Shown: positions 10,345-20,268, counted from the first letter of the stretch. The stretch: DNA of 64,000 bases from Bdellovibrionota bacterium (GCA_041740355.1 JBGSMD010000013.1:68146-132145), one strand, 5' to 3'. The notes: generated by a model not told the origin, from the sequence alone. Translations and numbers: made by a program.

Positions 10345-10740
10345 CTATTTCTTCTTTTTAGCTTTCTTAACAGCTGGTTTGCTCTTGATTGCTTTTTTAG
10401 CAGAAATTTCCTTTTTTGTTACTGGACCTTGCTTAGCTTTACGAGCATCTCTTTTAGCTTTGATCTTAGCTTTACGAGCGGCAACAATTCCTTTGTAATA
10501 TCCTGGGAAGGATTTTTCTAAAAGATTTGAAACTAACAATGAAGGAATAGCACCTTCAGTAATCCAATGTTTTACTCGTTCTTCTTTGAAAGAAGAAACA
10601 GCAGGGTTTAATAGGGGATTATGATTTCCAACGATTTCAATAAACTTACCATCACGTTTAGTCCCTTTTTGTTTTACAACAATACGATAAAAGGGAAGTT
10701 TCTTTTGACCCTGTCTAGATAGTCCAATAACTACAGCCAC
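10345..10740 (-). CDS. rpsP: 30S ribosomal protein S16 with a Lys/Ala-rich C-terminal tail
   Basis: PFYRIVV, RDGKFIE.VG and W...GA.PS motifs; GTG start; adjacent to trmD. Confidence 0.93.
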   Translation of the reverse strand: MAVVIGLSRQGQKKLPFYRIVVKQKGTKRDGKFIEIVGNHNPLLNPAVSSFKEERVKHWITEGAIPSLLVSNLLEKSFPGYYKGIVAARKAKIKAKRDARKAKQGPVTKKEISAKKAIKSKPAVKKAKKKK

Positions 10741-11013
10741 TTTATAACTCCAAATTTTAAAAAATACGAAGTCGCTTTATAACAAATTTATTTGCTGATA
10801 GCAATTTTGGCCTAATTGAGATTTCGTAGGTTACTTGAATTTTCCGACAGTTTATATCTAACACATAACTACTTAATATTACTACCTATTCATTAGATTG
10901 TGCAAAACTTGCCATATTTCTTTAAATATCTGATCATTCGCAGGTAACAATACATATGAAGCAAAGCATAACACTATTCAGATATGTAGTATGTAAGCTA
11001 TCAGGTTATAAAT

Positions 11014-11334
11014 ATGAAAAAATTACTCGCAGTTATCTTCTTAGTCTCAATGGTCATCGGAAATTTTGCTTTAGCAGATGATGTTATATGTGCGGCGGTA
11101 TATCCTTGTGATGAACAAGGAAATCTCTTAGAAGATTATTCTGATGCCGAGTCACCATGTTTAGATTATTATATTGGTCAGTGCTTGGTAGTTAAATTAC
11201 AAATCTCTAAACATAGTATTCAGTCTTGTGAATTTCAAAAAGCCGATTTAGAAGCAACACTTGATTCATTAGATGCTACGGAACGTAAATATCGCAAATT
11301 AAAAAAGAAGCTTCAGCAGTTACGCGCTAAATAA
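11014..11334 (+). CDS. Secreted Cys-containing hypothetical protein with a C-terminal coiled coil
   Basis: Signal peptide ending in ALA; CAAVYPC motif; 106 aa. Confidence 0.65.
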   Translation: MKKLLAVIFLVSMVIGNFALADDVICAAVYPCDEQGNLLEDYSDAESPCLDYYIGQCLVVKLQISKHSIQSCEFQKADLEATLDSLDATERKYRKLKKKLQQLRAK

Positions 11335-11479
11335 TATTATAATTCCAAAAAACAAACTCAGTTTAAAAACTATTTCTATTAAGGAAATTATTTTTAAGGG
11401 CTAGATATTTCGATCTTCAGACTAGAAATCAACTAAGGTTAAAGGTTTCAGAAACTACTTTTGGGGTTACTATAAAATA

Positions 11480-12841
11480 TTAGAGACCTTTTAACATGCT
11501 CAGTGGATTTTTACCGCCCATCGCTTTCATCATATTTCCCATACCCATTTTATTGAATTGTTTCATCATCTTCTTGAGTTCTAGAAATTGTTTTAATAGT
11601 TGATTAACATCTTGGACTTGAGTTCCAGAGCCATGAGCAATTCTTTTTCTGCGACTACCATTTAAGATATCTGGATTGAGACGTTCTTTTTTAGTCATTG
11701 ATAGAATGATTGCTTCTGTTTTTCGTAGCTCTTTGGCGGCAGCTTCCGGATCGATTTTTTTGGCCATCTTATCCATCCCTGGAATCATTGACATCAGTGA
11801 ACTAATACTACCCATTTTGCTCATCATTCTTAGTTGAGACAGGAAGTCCTCCAAATCGAAACTATTTTTTTGGAATTTTTTTTGAAGCTTTAAAGAATCC
11901 TCCACATTAATTTGTTCAGAGGCTTTTTCAATTAAGCTGAGCATATCGCCCATGCCAAGAATTCGAGAAGCTAAGCGATCGGGATGAAATACTTCTAAGG
12001 CATCAAGTTTTTCACCAAGTCCAATAAATTTGATTGGCTGTCCAGTAACTTTAAGCATGGAAAGAGCAGCTCCACCTCGAGCATCACCATCTAATTTTGT
12101 CAGGATTAAACCTGTCAAAGCTAATTGATCACTAAAGCCTTGCGCAACGTTAACAGCTTCTTGTCCAGTCATCGCATCAGCAACAAGTAATATTTCCTGA
12201 GGTTTAATTGAAGCTTGAATGTCACCTAGCTCTTGCATTAGTTCAGTATCAATTTGTAGGCGACCAGCAGTATCAAGGATCACTACATCATGCCCCATCA
12301 GTCTTGCTTGCTCGACTGCTAATTCAGCGATTTGCAAAGGTTTTTGACCAGCTTGAGTATCATAAACTGGAACGTTAATTTGTTTGCCTAATGTCTTTAA
12401 TTGTTCAATTGCAGCAGGACGATAAATATCAGCTGGGACTAAAAGCGGATTACGCTTTAATTGTTTACGTAAGTAAATTGCTAATTTTCCACAACTTGTA
12501 GTTTTACCAGAACCTTGTAGTCCAACTAACATGATGATTGCCGGAGGAGCTACTTTTAAATTTAAATCGCTGGCGTTGGAGCCCAGCATGATCTTAAGTT
12601 GCTCGTGAACAATTTTAATTATTTGTTGATCTGGTTTTAAGCTTTTTAAAACTTCTTCACCTTGGGCCAGCACAGCGATTTCCGCGCAGAAATCTTTTGC
12701 TACCTTGTAGTTTACATCAGCTTCAAGTAGGGCAAGGCGTACTTCCTTGAGGGTCGCTTCAAGATCTTGCGCTGAAATTACAGTTTTGCCGCGAAGATGT
12801 TTTAATGCTGAAGTAAGTTTATCAGATAAGTTTTGGAACAT
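11480..12841 (-). CDS. ffh: Signal recognition particle protein
   Basis: GLQGSGKTT, DTAGR and TKLDGDARGG motifs; Met-rich M domain. Confidence 0.97.
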   Translation of the reverse strand: MFQNLSDKLTSALKHLRGKTVISAQDLEATLKEVRLALLEADVNYKVAKDFCAEIAVLAQGEEVLKSLKPDQQIIKIVHEQLKIMLGSNASDLNLKVAPPAIIMLVGLQGSGKTTSCGKLAIYLRKQLKRNPLLVPADIYRPAAIEQLKTLGKQINVPVYDTQAGQKPLQIAELAVEQARLMGHDVVILDTAGRLQIDTELMQELGDIQASIKPQEILLVADAMTGQEAVNVAQGFSDQLALTGLILTKLDGDARGGAALSMLKVTGQPIKFIGLGEKLDALEVFHPDRLASRILGMGDMLSLIEKASEQINVEDSLKLQKKFQKNSFDLEDFLSQLRMMSKMGSISSLMSMIPGMDKMAKKIDPEAAAKELRKTEAIILSMTKKERLNPDILNGSRRKRIAHGSGTQVQDVNQLLKQFLELKKMMKQFNKMGMGNMMKAMGGKNPLSMLKGL

Positions 12842-12916
12842 GGATGTAAAAAATTAACAAAAAGACGTTAGATATGAATATCAAGAATACTTAAGCATCG
12901 CAAATTAGCGGATAAA

Positions 12917-13130
12917 CACACTAAAACACATTAGGTTTTTCCTTACGGCTTGGAAAATACAAAGCACATTTTCCGCTCTTTGTGTTTTAGTATATTTGTT
13001 TTTACCAGTAATTAAACTTATTTCATTAGGGTAACTACCCGAGCGACCCCCAAGGCTCACTACAAGTGCTTCGCACTTGATACACAAAGCAATAATTTTG
13101 AAACGGTAATTTTCAATGTCGCTTAGTATA
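12917..13130. repeat. Structured intergenic repeat family A, copy 1
   Basis: Colinear with 38888..39102; shares ACGGCTTGGAAAA, GTTTTAGTATATTTGTTTT, AGCGACCCCC and TACAAGTGCTTCGCACTTGATA. Confidence 0.85.
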
Positions 13131-13234
13131 GATGCTGATTAACAATAATTAACATTGTAAGAGTATCATTAATTGACAAGATACCCAAGTATTTCCTTAG
13201 TGATGCTTAACTTACCAAAAATAATTAATTAATT

Positions 13235-13882
13235 TCAGGCATCAGTAACTTGGTTTTGAAAGAGTTTTAAATCAATCCCAGCTGATAAATAGTTTTGTTG
13301 GCTAGTTTCAATTTTTGTCAGAAATTTTTGTAAATTCTCTAATGAGGCATCAATGGCCAAATTTAATTCATTTACTTTTTGATTCACGTCTCTTACCGAA
13401 TTTTGGTCTTCGGAGAGATTAAGAATTTCCTTACTGCAGGATGGTAGTTGTATTACCAATTCTTGTTGTTGGTACTTAAGATGAATCGGTTCTCCAGATA
13501 AGATTTGGATGCCATTTAGCGATACCGTGTCACAGTGCCTAATAATATCTTTAATAGCTTCTTCAATACTTTCAGGCTTGCTTGGGATGTTTTCCACAGC
13601 TTTATTAATATTTTGAGCCTGATCTTTGGCAACTCTCAAGGATTGTTCAATCATTGACACTTTTTGATGGAATAGTTGCTCTGTGTAGGAGTCCGGTATT
13701 TGCGCAATATTCTTTATCTGAACATCAGCATTCATCCTGCGGACAGGAGTTGAAATTCTTTGCCAAGTATCTTCTTGGGTTCTGTTGTTTAGTAGTTTGT
13801 TTAGTATATTTAATAGCCAATTCATAATCATCTTCCTTGATAATAAGGGATATCGGCAGGAAATAGTGTAGGCTTTAGCCAA
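13235..13882 (-). CDS. Hypothetical coiled-coil protein, weakly flagellin-like
   Basis: Long ORF with LNGIQILSG and helical segments. Confidence 0.55.
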   Translation of the reverse strand: MAKAYTISCRYPLLSRKMIMNWLLNILNKLLNNRTQEDTWQRISTPVRRMNADVQIKNIAQIPDSYTEQLFHQKVSMIEQSLRVAKDQAQNINKAVENIPSKPESIEEAIKDIIRHCDTVSLNGIQILSGEPIHLKYQQQELVIQLPSCSKEILNLSEDQNSVRDVNQKVNELNLAIDASLENLQKFLTKIETSQQNYLSAGIDLKLFQNQVTDA

Positions 13883-13980
13883 ATTTCTGATAGGCTATCT
13901 TTTGGTCATTTTAAAGTGTCAGGGATGTCGGGGAACCGTTTTTTGTGGTTTTAATGGTGTCAGGGAACTTGGGGAGAGGG

Positions 13981-14784
13981 TTATTTGCGGTGTTTTTGGT
14001 AAAGTAGGCGAGCGGCAGGCAGGTTTTTTTCAAGATTAACAATCCGCGCTTCGGAAGTTGGGTGAGTAGAAAGAAAGCTGATTGAAGCCCCTCCAAAATT
14101 AGGATCTTCTTTAACTTTATTCCAGAAATCAACAGCAGCTTGTGGATTGTATCCTGCTTTAGCCATTAAAAATAAACCAACCATATCGGCTTCACTCTCC
14201 ATTCTTTGGGACCCAGGATTAACAATTAAGCCTTGAAGTAGAGCTGAAGTAAGCTGGCCGGCGATGTTGGCAATTCCATAGTATTGACCACTGGCGGCTA
14301 AAACCGAAGAAGCGACTTGTCCCGTGCTACCCGCAATAATTTGGCTTGCAGTTTCACCTGAAGTTGGAGTTGTATGATTGGCAAGTACATGACTAACCTC
14401 GTGGGCTAGGATGGTAGCCAACTGATGATCACTCTCGGTAGTATTTAAAATTCCTGTCCAAACAAAAATATAATTTCCACGTGTAGCGGCAGCATTCTTA
14501 AAATTATCATCTTTAAATACATAAACATGCCAAGGATTCCCTCCACTGGAACCAGAGGCAGCATTTGAAAGCCTAGTAACTATTTTTCTAACTCGTGAAT
14601 TTAAAGCTAGATCTTCCTCGATTGGATACTGAGCCGCTAATTGATTAAAAACTTGTGAGCCAAATTGAATTTCCTGTGGATTTAAATCACCTTGAGGAGG
14701 AATTTCTCCAGCTATGATTGGCTTTCTTTGAGCTCCACAGGAGCAAAGTAAAAGAATCATAAAAAAAGCTATGAAGAGTCTCAT
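13981..14784 (-). CDS. M48 family metallopeptidase lipoprotein
   Basis: Lipobox LCSC, NAAA..G, LAHEVSH, ESEAD..G and FLSTHP motifs. Confidence 0.92.
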   Translation of the reverse strand: MRLFIAFFMILLLCSCGAQRKPIIAGEIPPQGDLNPQEIQFGSQVFNQLAAQYPIEEDLALNSRVRKIVTRLSNAASGSSGGNPWHVYVFKDDNFKNAAATRGNYIFVWTGILNTTESDHQLATILAHEVSHVLANHTTPTSGETASQIIAGSTGQVASSVLAASGQYYGIANIAGQLTSALLQGLIVNPGSQRMESEADMVGLFLMAKAGYNPQAAVDFWNKVKEDPNFGGASISFLSTHPTSEARIVNLEKNLPAARLLYQKHRK

Positions 14785-14792
14785 TCTTATTA

Positions 14793-15185
14793 TTAAGGAA
14801 TAAAGTTAGGGATTCGTGACAAATATCTTAAATAAGATTTGGGTGTTCGACGACAATATACTCTGTGAAATTCACTAGTCTTATCGATAAAGAAGCAGTC
14901 CCAACGCTCTTTGCCGATTTCGTTAAGTTTTTCTTGGTGTTGTGCTGTAGTTTCATCTTTCCCAAGTTCGAAGACATGATATTCAACTGCGTGTAGCTTT
15001 TCAATTTCTGAATTAGCCAAATTACTTAGCTGTTCTTCTTTTTGTTGATACCCCTTAGAGATTGTAGAGTTAATTTCGGATAGATTTTTACTTAGCTCCT
15101 CCTTCATTTCTTGATAGGCAGGTTGTTGTTGACAGGCTGTCAGCGTCAAGTAGCAGGTAATTATTAAGATTTTGAAAATATTCAT
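14793..15185 (-). CDS. Hypothetical lipoprotein
   Basis: Lipobox LTAC; EYHV...LNEIGKERWDC resembles the DUF4177-like pattern. Confidence 0.7.
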   Translation of the reverse strand: MNIFKILIITCYLTLTACQQQPAYQEMKEELSKNLSEINSTISKGYQQKEEQLSNLANSEIEKLHAVEYHVFELGKDETTAQHQEKLNEIGKERWDCFFIDKTSEFHRVYCRRTPKSYLRYLSRIPNFIP

Positions 15186-15212
15186 TTATATAGTAATTTC
15201 TAAACCCAGAGA

Positions 15213-15361
15213 TATAGTTATTCCAAAAAATAAATCATGTATAAATATGATTGGGTATCTTATTTTTTTGCAATAACTATATGATTTTATTATCCCTCAG
15301 GGGGGATAGAAAGCCCCAAACAGTAATTTCCTTACGTAAATTACTTTTTGGACTTTCTATA
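15213..15361. repeat. Structured intergenic repeat family B, copy 1
   Basis: Colinear with 31153..31300; TATAG...CTATA ends and three hairpins. Confidence 0.85.
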
Positions 15362-15374
15362 GTATGTTAGTTTT

Positions 15375-15917
15375 ATGCAAATACCGAATAACTTTAAATT
15401 ACAATACTCTGCTGCTGAAATACAAGCAGTTAATCATAAATTAGGTTTTAAAATCTCTGAATGGATTGAGTCCTTGCAACTTCCGTTAGATCAGCAAGTC
15501 GTAGTTGTGCCAATTTTAAGAGGCTCTATTTTCTTCTTTGCTGATTTAGTTCGGGCGATAGACTGCTCTGTTTCAATTTCACCAGTACGCTGTTGGTCAT
15601 ACAATGCTGAAGACAATAGTCAGCGTGAAGAAGTAAAAGTGGATTCAATGGGTTTTGATGTTAAAGACCAAGTCATTCTTTTAATTGATGATATTTGTGA
15701 TTCGGGAAGGACACTTCATCATATTACTAATAATTTCATTGCCGCCGGTGCTCGCCAAGTAAACTCAGCTGTTTTAGTAAATCGCCACTTACAGGAGCCC
15801 TTATTCAAACCTGATTTTATTGGTTTTAACTTTGATGGTCCAGAATGGTTTGTAGGATATGGTATGAATCACGAGGATTTCTATCGCAATCTCTCTGATA
15901 TTTATATAATTAAATAA
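15375..15917 (+). CDS. hpt: Hypoxanthine phosphoribosyltransferase
   Basis: ILRGSIFFFADL, PRPP-binding LLIDDICDSGRTL and FVGYGM motifs. Confidence 0.85.
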   Translation: MQIPNNFKLQYSAAEIQAVNHKLGFKISEWIESLQLPLDQQVVVVPILRGSIFFFADLVRAIDCSVSISPVRCWSYNAEDNSQREEVKVDSMGFDVKDQVILLIDDICDSGRTLHHITNNFIAAGARQVNSAVLVNRHLQEPLFKPDFIGFNFDGPEWFVGYGMNHEDFYRNLSDIYIIK

Positions 15918-17221
15918 TGAGTATCGTTGATTCAAAACTAGATTACGCGGTAGATATCTTTGAGTTATCTAAGAGTTTCAATCGTAGTGGTAACTTCTCT
16001 GGAAATTATACAACTCTTAAATCTCTAATTACTAAACCTTTTAAAAAAAATAATACTCCTAACATTATTCAAACTACAGCAATAAAAGATTTAACAATCC
16101 GCATTCCTCGAGGATCCTCTGTTGGTATTATAGGTCGAAATGGTTCTGGTAAATCTACTTTATTAAAATTAATTACGGGAATTTATGCCCCTGATCATGG
16201 GCATGTAAAAATTAATGGACAGGTGAGAGCCTTAATTGAGCTTGGAGCAGGTTTCCATCCAGATTTTACCGGACGAGAAAATCTTTACTTAGCAGGTATT
16301 CTCTATGGATTAACTAAGAAGCAGATAAATGAAAAATTTGATCAGATTGTTGAATTTGCCGAGCTAAAAGATTTCATTGATCAACCGGTGCGTACCTACT
16401 CCTCTGGAATGTTTATGCGCTTAGGATTTAGTTTAGCGGTAAATACTGATCCGGATATTTTATTAATTGATGAAGTTTTAGCAGTGGGGGATGCTGGCTT
16501 TGTTCAAAAATGCCAAGAAAAAGTGGCGGAGCTTCGCAGTCAGGAGAAAACGCTTTTTATGGTCAGTCACGATTTAGGTGCAATCGAACGTTGGAGTGAC
16601 GAGGTTATTTGGTTAAATAAAGGTGAAGTTAAAGATCGGGGACATCCACGTCGGGTAATTGATCATTACCGAGAATTCATTGAAAAGGGAATCGAAGATG
16701 AAATTCTGGGGAAATCGCGCGAGGCAACACAAATCAGTGTTAATGCCGAGACTGCCCAACCAGAAGGTCATGAGGAACTAGAAAAATTTGCTTACGAACG
16801 TTGGGGGAGTCGTGAAATTGAAATTACACGCACAACGCTGACTAACTTTAAAGGCGAAGAGAAGGTTTTATTCCACACGGGTGAGCCAAGTGTAGTAAAT
16901 GTTTATTACAAAGTTAATGCACCACAAAAATCTATAGTTTTTGGTTTTGGGATAAATCGAGCTGACGGATTAAATATTATTGGAACTAATACACTTTTAG
17001 AAAGAGTAGAAACTAGTGATTTGTCAACAGAGGGGGTTGTTAGCATTGTAATTCCATCGACCAATCTTTTAACTAATACTTACTATCTTGATTTAGCGGT
17101 TCACCGTGAAGATGGATACGCTTATGATTATCATAAAAACGCCATTAAATTTTCAGTTCAATCTCAGCACGATCAAATTGGAGTGCTTCATTTACAACAT
17201 TCTTGGCAGTTTAATTCATGA
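15917..17221 (+). CDS. wzt: Polysaccharide ABC exporter ATP-binding subunit with C-terminal carbohydrate-binding domain
   Basis: GRNGSGKST, YSSGM and DEVLAVGD motifs; extended C-terminal domain. Confidence 0.92.
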   Translation: MSIVDSKLDYAVDIFELSKSFNRSGNFSGNYTTLKSLITKPFKKNNTPNIIQTTAIKDLTIRIPRGSSVGIIGRNGSGKSTLLKLITGIYAPDHGHVKINGQVRALIELGAGFHPDFTGRENLYLAGILYGLTKKQINEKFDQIVEFAELKDFIDQPVRTYSSGMFMRLGFSLAVNTDPDILLIDEVLAVGDAGFVQKCQEKVAELRSQEKTLFMVSHDLGAIERWSDEVIWLNKGEVKDRGHPRRVIDHYREFIEKGIEDEILGKSREATQISVNAETAQPEGHEELEKFAYERWGSREIEITRTTLTNFKGEEKVLFHTGEPSVVNVYYKVNAPQKSIVFGFGINRADGLNIIGTNTLLERVETSDLSTEGVVSIVIPSTNLLTNTYYLDLAVHREDGYAYDYHKNAIKFSVQSQHDQIGVLHLQHSWQFNS

Positions 17222-17994
17222 ATATTTTTGCAGAACTAATTAAATATCGTGGCTTAATCACAGCACTTGTTGGTCGACAACTAGCGAGTCGTTATCGCGG
17301 ATCGACACTGGGATTCTTATGGTCATTTCTAAATCCACTACTTTTCATGTTGATTTATACTTTGGTGTTTAAATATTATGCGCGCCTAGATTCTCAAGAT
17401 AATTATAGTGTCTATCTTTTTTGCGGATTGCTGCCTTGGATTTGGTTTAATTCTGGTATTATTGAGGCCACAAGTTCGATAAGTTCTAGCGGAAGTTTAA
17501 TTACCAAATCCATGTTTCCTCCTCAGATCTTACCTACAGTCGCAATTATAACTAATTTAGTACATTACATCTTGTCCCTAATTTTGTTATTTATCTTTAT
17601 TTTTATATATAAAATTCCACTAACTGAAAAACTATTGGCTCTTCCTTTAATAATAGTTTTGCAATTGGGATTAATGTACGGCTTGGCACTTTTCTTTGCT
17701 TCTTTAAATGTTTTCTACCGAGATATTCAACATTTATTAGGAAATGTTTTTAACTTACTATTTTTTCTGTGCCCGATTATTTACCCAGTTACTGTAGTTC
17801 CTGAACAATACCGTTTTACTATCGATTTCAATCCAATTGCACTGCTGATTGAGTCATATCATGCTGTTTTATTAGAAGGTAGGTGGCCACCGCTTTGGAA
17901 TATTTCCGTTGTGTTTTTATTCAGTATTTTGATCTATATTTTAGGCAAAAATATATACCAAAAAAATAGAGAAACATTTGCGGAATGCTTATAG
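17218..17994 (+). CDS. wzm: Polysaccharide ABC exporter permease
   Basis: RYRGSTLGFLWSFLNPL, YRDIQH and PIIYP motifs. Confidence 0.92.
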   Translation: MNIFAELIKYRGLITALVGRQLASRYRGSTLGFLWSFLNPLLFMLIYTLVFKYYARLDSQDNYSVYLFCGLLPWIWFNSGIIEATSSISSSGSLITKSMFPPQILPTVAIITNLVHYILSLILLFIFIFIYKIPLTEKLLALPLIIVLQLGLMYGLALFFASLNVFYRDIQHLLGNVFNLLFFLCPIIYPVTVVPEQYRFTIDFNPIALLIESYHAVLLEGRWPPLWNISVVFLFSILIYILGKNIYQKNRETFAECL

Positions 17995-18016
17995 TTAGAT
18001 AGGTTCAGATTATACG

Positions 18017-19081
18017 ATGAGTCAAAAATCAATTCACCAATTAGTACATACTTTAAGTTATGGCGATGCTATCTCGGGCGAAGTTTTAGCCATGCAGCGA
18101 GCATTGACGCAGGCTGGGTGTGACTCTAAAATTTATGCCATTAATGAGCATCCAAAACTAAAAGGCTTAACAATTCCTTACCAACAACTTTCTTCAGATT
18201 ATGATGGTCAAATAATTTTACATTACTCTTTAGGTTCACCATTAAATGATTTGTATCGCTCGCTAACTAAAGCTACTAGAGTCTTAATTTATCATAATCT
18301 CACTCCGGCAAAGTATTATGCCGGTATAAATCCACGAGTAGCAAGTGACATTGAGCAAGGTGCCAAAGAGCTTCCCGAGTTGCTAGGACTTAGTAATAAA
18401 ATTATTGCTGACTCAAAATTCAATGCCGGGGAATTAGCCGAACTAGGCTTTAAGGCCGAAGTTCTTGATCTGCCAATTGACCCAGTACGTTGGGAGATGG
18501 AAACAAATCCAGGAATTGCTAGTTTGTTGAAAAACGATCCAGTTCTACATTTAGTTCATGTTGGTCGCTTTGCGCCCAATAAATGTATCGAAGATATTAT
18601 TAAAGTTGCTTACCTACTGAAGGAAAAATTAAAAATCCCACTAAAACTTTGGCTTCCTGGAATTGATATTGATACTGAAATTTATTCTTTTAGCTTAAAA
18701 CGTTTAGTTTACTTTCTTGGACTTGAAAAAGAAGTTAATTTTGTTGGCTGTTTTGCAGATTCTGAGCTAAAAGCTTTATACGAAAATTCTTCAGTCTATC
18801 TTTGTATGAGTGAGCATGAGGGATTTTGTCTGCCAGTTGTAGAGGCGATGCACTTTGGTTTGCCAGTGATTGCTTTTGCCTCTTCAGCATTACCAGATAC
18901 TATTGGAGCAGGGGGTCTACTAGTTAACGAAAAAGATCATTTAAAGATTGCCGCGTTAGTTGAAGAAGTACATAACAATCAAGAGCTTCGTCAAAAATTA
19001 ATTATTGCTGGAAAAGAAAGAGTTCAAAGCTTATCATTTGAGAAATTCCAAAATAATCTTAGTAAGCTACTTCTCTCATGA
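18017..19081 (+). CDS. Glycosyltransferase family 4
   Basis: VGRFAPNK and SEHEGFCLPVVEAM motifs. Confidence 0.92.
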   Translation: MSQKSIHQLVHTLSYGDAISGEVLAMQRALTQAGCDSKIYAINEHPKLKGLTIPYQQLSSDYDGQIILHYSLGSPLNDLYRSLTKATRVLIYHNLTPAKYYAGINPRVASDIEQGAKELPELLGLSNKIIADSKFNAGELAELGFKAEVLDLPIDPVRWEMETNPGIASLLKNDPVLHLVHVGRFAPNKCIEDIIKVAYLLKEKLKIPLKLWLPGIDIDTEIYSFSLKRLVYFLGLEKEVNFVGCFADSELKALYENSSVYLCMSEHEGFCLPVVEAMHFGLPVIAFASSALPDTIGAGGLLVNEKDHLKIAALVEEVHNNQELRQKLIIAGKERVQSLSFEKFQNNLSKLLLS

Positions 19082-20268
19082 TCAAAGAATTTATCGTTGG
19101 AATTGATTTTAGTGCACTTGATCCTACATTTAAAGAGCACAGTACCAGAGGAATTGGTAAGTATGCCGGGGAATTCCAAAAGTACTTAGAAAAAAATACT
19201 CCTTCAGTAAAGAACTATGGATACTTCAATCACAAGGATCTTTTAGCAGACTCCTTTTTGGCCAAATTAATTGATTATGCACCTGCTGGTCGTCAAACTC
19301 TGAAGCAACAACTGCTCTATCCATTTAAGTTATCAGGCTCCAAGTTAAAGCAATTTTCTCATTTGCATTTTCTTGCACAGACTGATGCTCCAACTTGGTG
19401 TGCCAAGCCCTACATCTTAACTGTTATGGATTTGATTCCAATTGTTTGCAAAGATTTATATCAAGCTGATAACCCAACCTGGCGCTATCATTTGGCTCGA
19501 TATTTTGAATTACAAGCCATAAGAAATTCGGCTAAAATTATTACTATTAGTGAGTGTTCCAAAAATGATTTAATTCAGCACTTAAAAATTCCTGCTGAAA
19601 AAATTTCCGTTACCCCACTTGGTGTTGATGCTGTTTATTTTGAGGAGTCAAGTATAAGTATTCGGGAGATACTTGCAAAAAATAATTTAGCAAATGATTT
19701 AAAATTTTTATTGTATGTTGGCGGCATTGATCCCCGTAAGAATTTTTCAGGGTTATTAGAGACATATGCTGAGTTAAAGAAGTTGTATCAGGAAAAAAAT
19801 ATTTTAAATGACCTGCCGAAACTTTTTTTTGTGGGAAGGATTAATCAGGATCGCGAATACCCTAAATTAAAAGCATTAATATCAAAGCTTGGACTAGATG
19901 GAGATGTTTTAGAACTTGGTTTTGTGGCAGAAACGGAATTAATAACTTTATACCGACACTGCGAAGCCATGTGCTTTTTTAGTCTTTATGAAGGGTTTGG
20001 CTTAACACCGCTAGAAGCGATGGCAGCTGGCGCGACAGTTTTTAGTACTAAGTTATCCGCTATGCCAGAAGTACTGGGAAATGTGGCGCATTATCTTAAT
20101 CCTCAAGCTTCAAGTCAGAATGCTAAGGAAATCTTTGATGTTATTCGCAACCCGGAACAGCGTAAGATTGACCAAGAAGCAGGACCATTACAGGCGCAAA
20201 AATTTACTTGGGATCGCACTTGGGATTTAACTTTAAAAGTTTACGAAGATGCAGCACGATCTTATTAA
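19078..20268 (+). CDS. Glycosyltransferase family 4 (mannosyltransferase-like)
   Basis: YVGGIDPRKN and SLYEGFGLTPLEAMAAG motifs. Confidence 0.92.
   Translation: MIKEFIVGIDFSALDPTFKEHSTRGIGKYAGEFQKYLEKNTPSVKNYGYFNHKDLLADSFLAKLIDYAPAGRQTLKQQLLYPFKLSGSKLKQFSHLHFLAQTDAPTWCAKPYILTVMDLIPIVCKDLYQADNPTWRYHLARYFELQAIRNSAKIITISECSKNDLIQHLKIPAEKISVTPLGVDAVYFEESSISIREILAKNNLANDLKFLLYVGGIDPRKNFSGLLETYAELKKLYQEKNILNDLPKLFFVGRINQDREYPKLKALISKLGLDGDVLELGFVAETELITLYRHCEAMCFFSLYEGFGLTPLEAMAAGATVFSTKLSAMPEVLGNVAHYLNPQASSQNAKEIFDVIRNPEQRKIDQEAGPLQAQKFTWDRTWDLTLKVYEDAARSY

Noticed and set aside
12905-13087. 60-aa ORF, or SRP RNA upstream of ffh
   Set aside because: It overlaps repeat family A, and the conserved SRP domain IV motif was not found on either strand.
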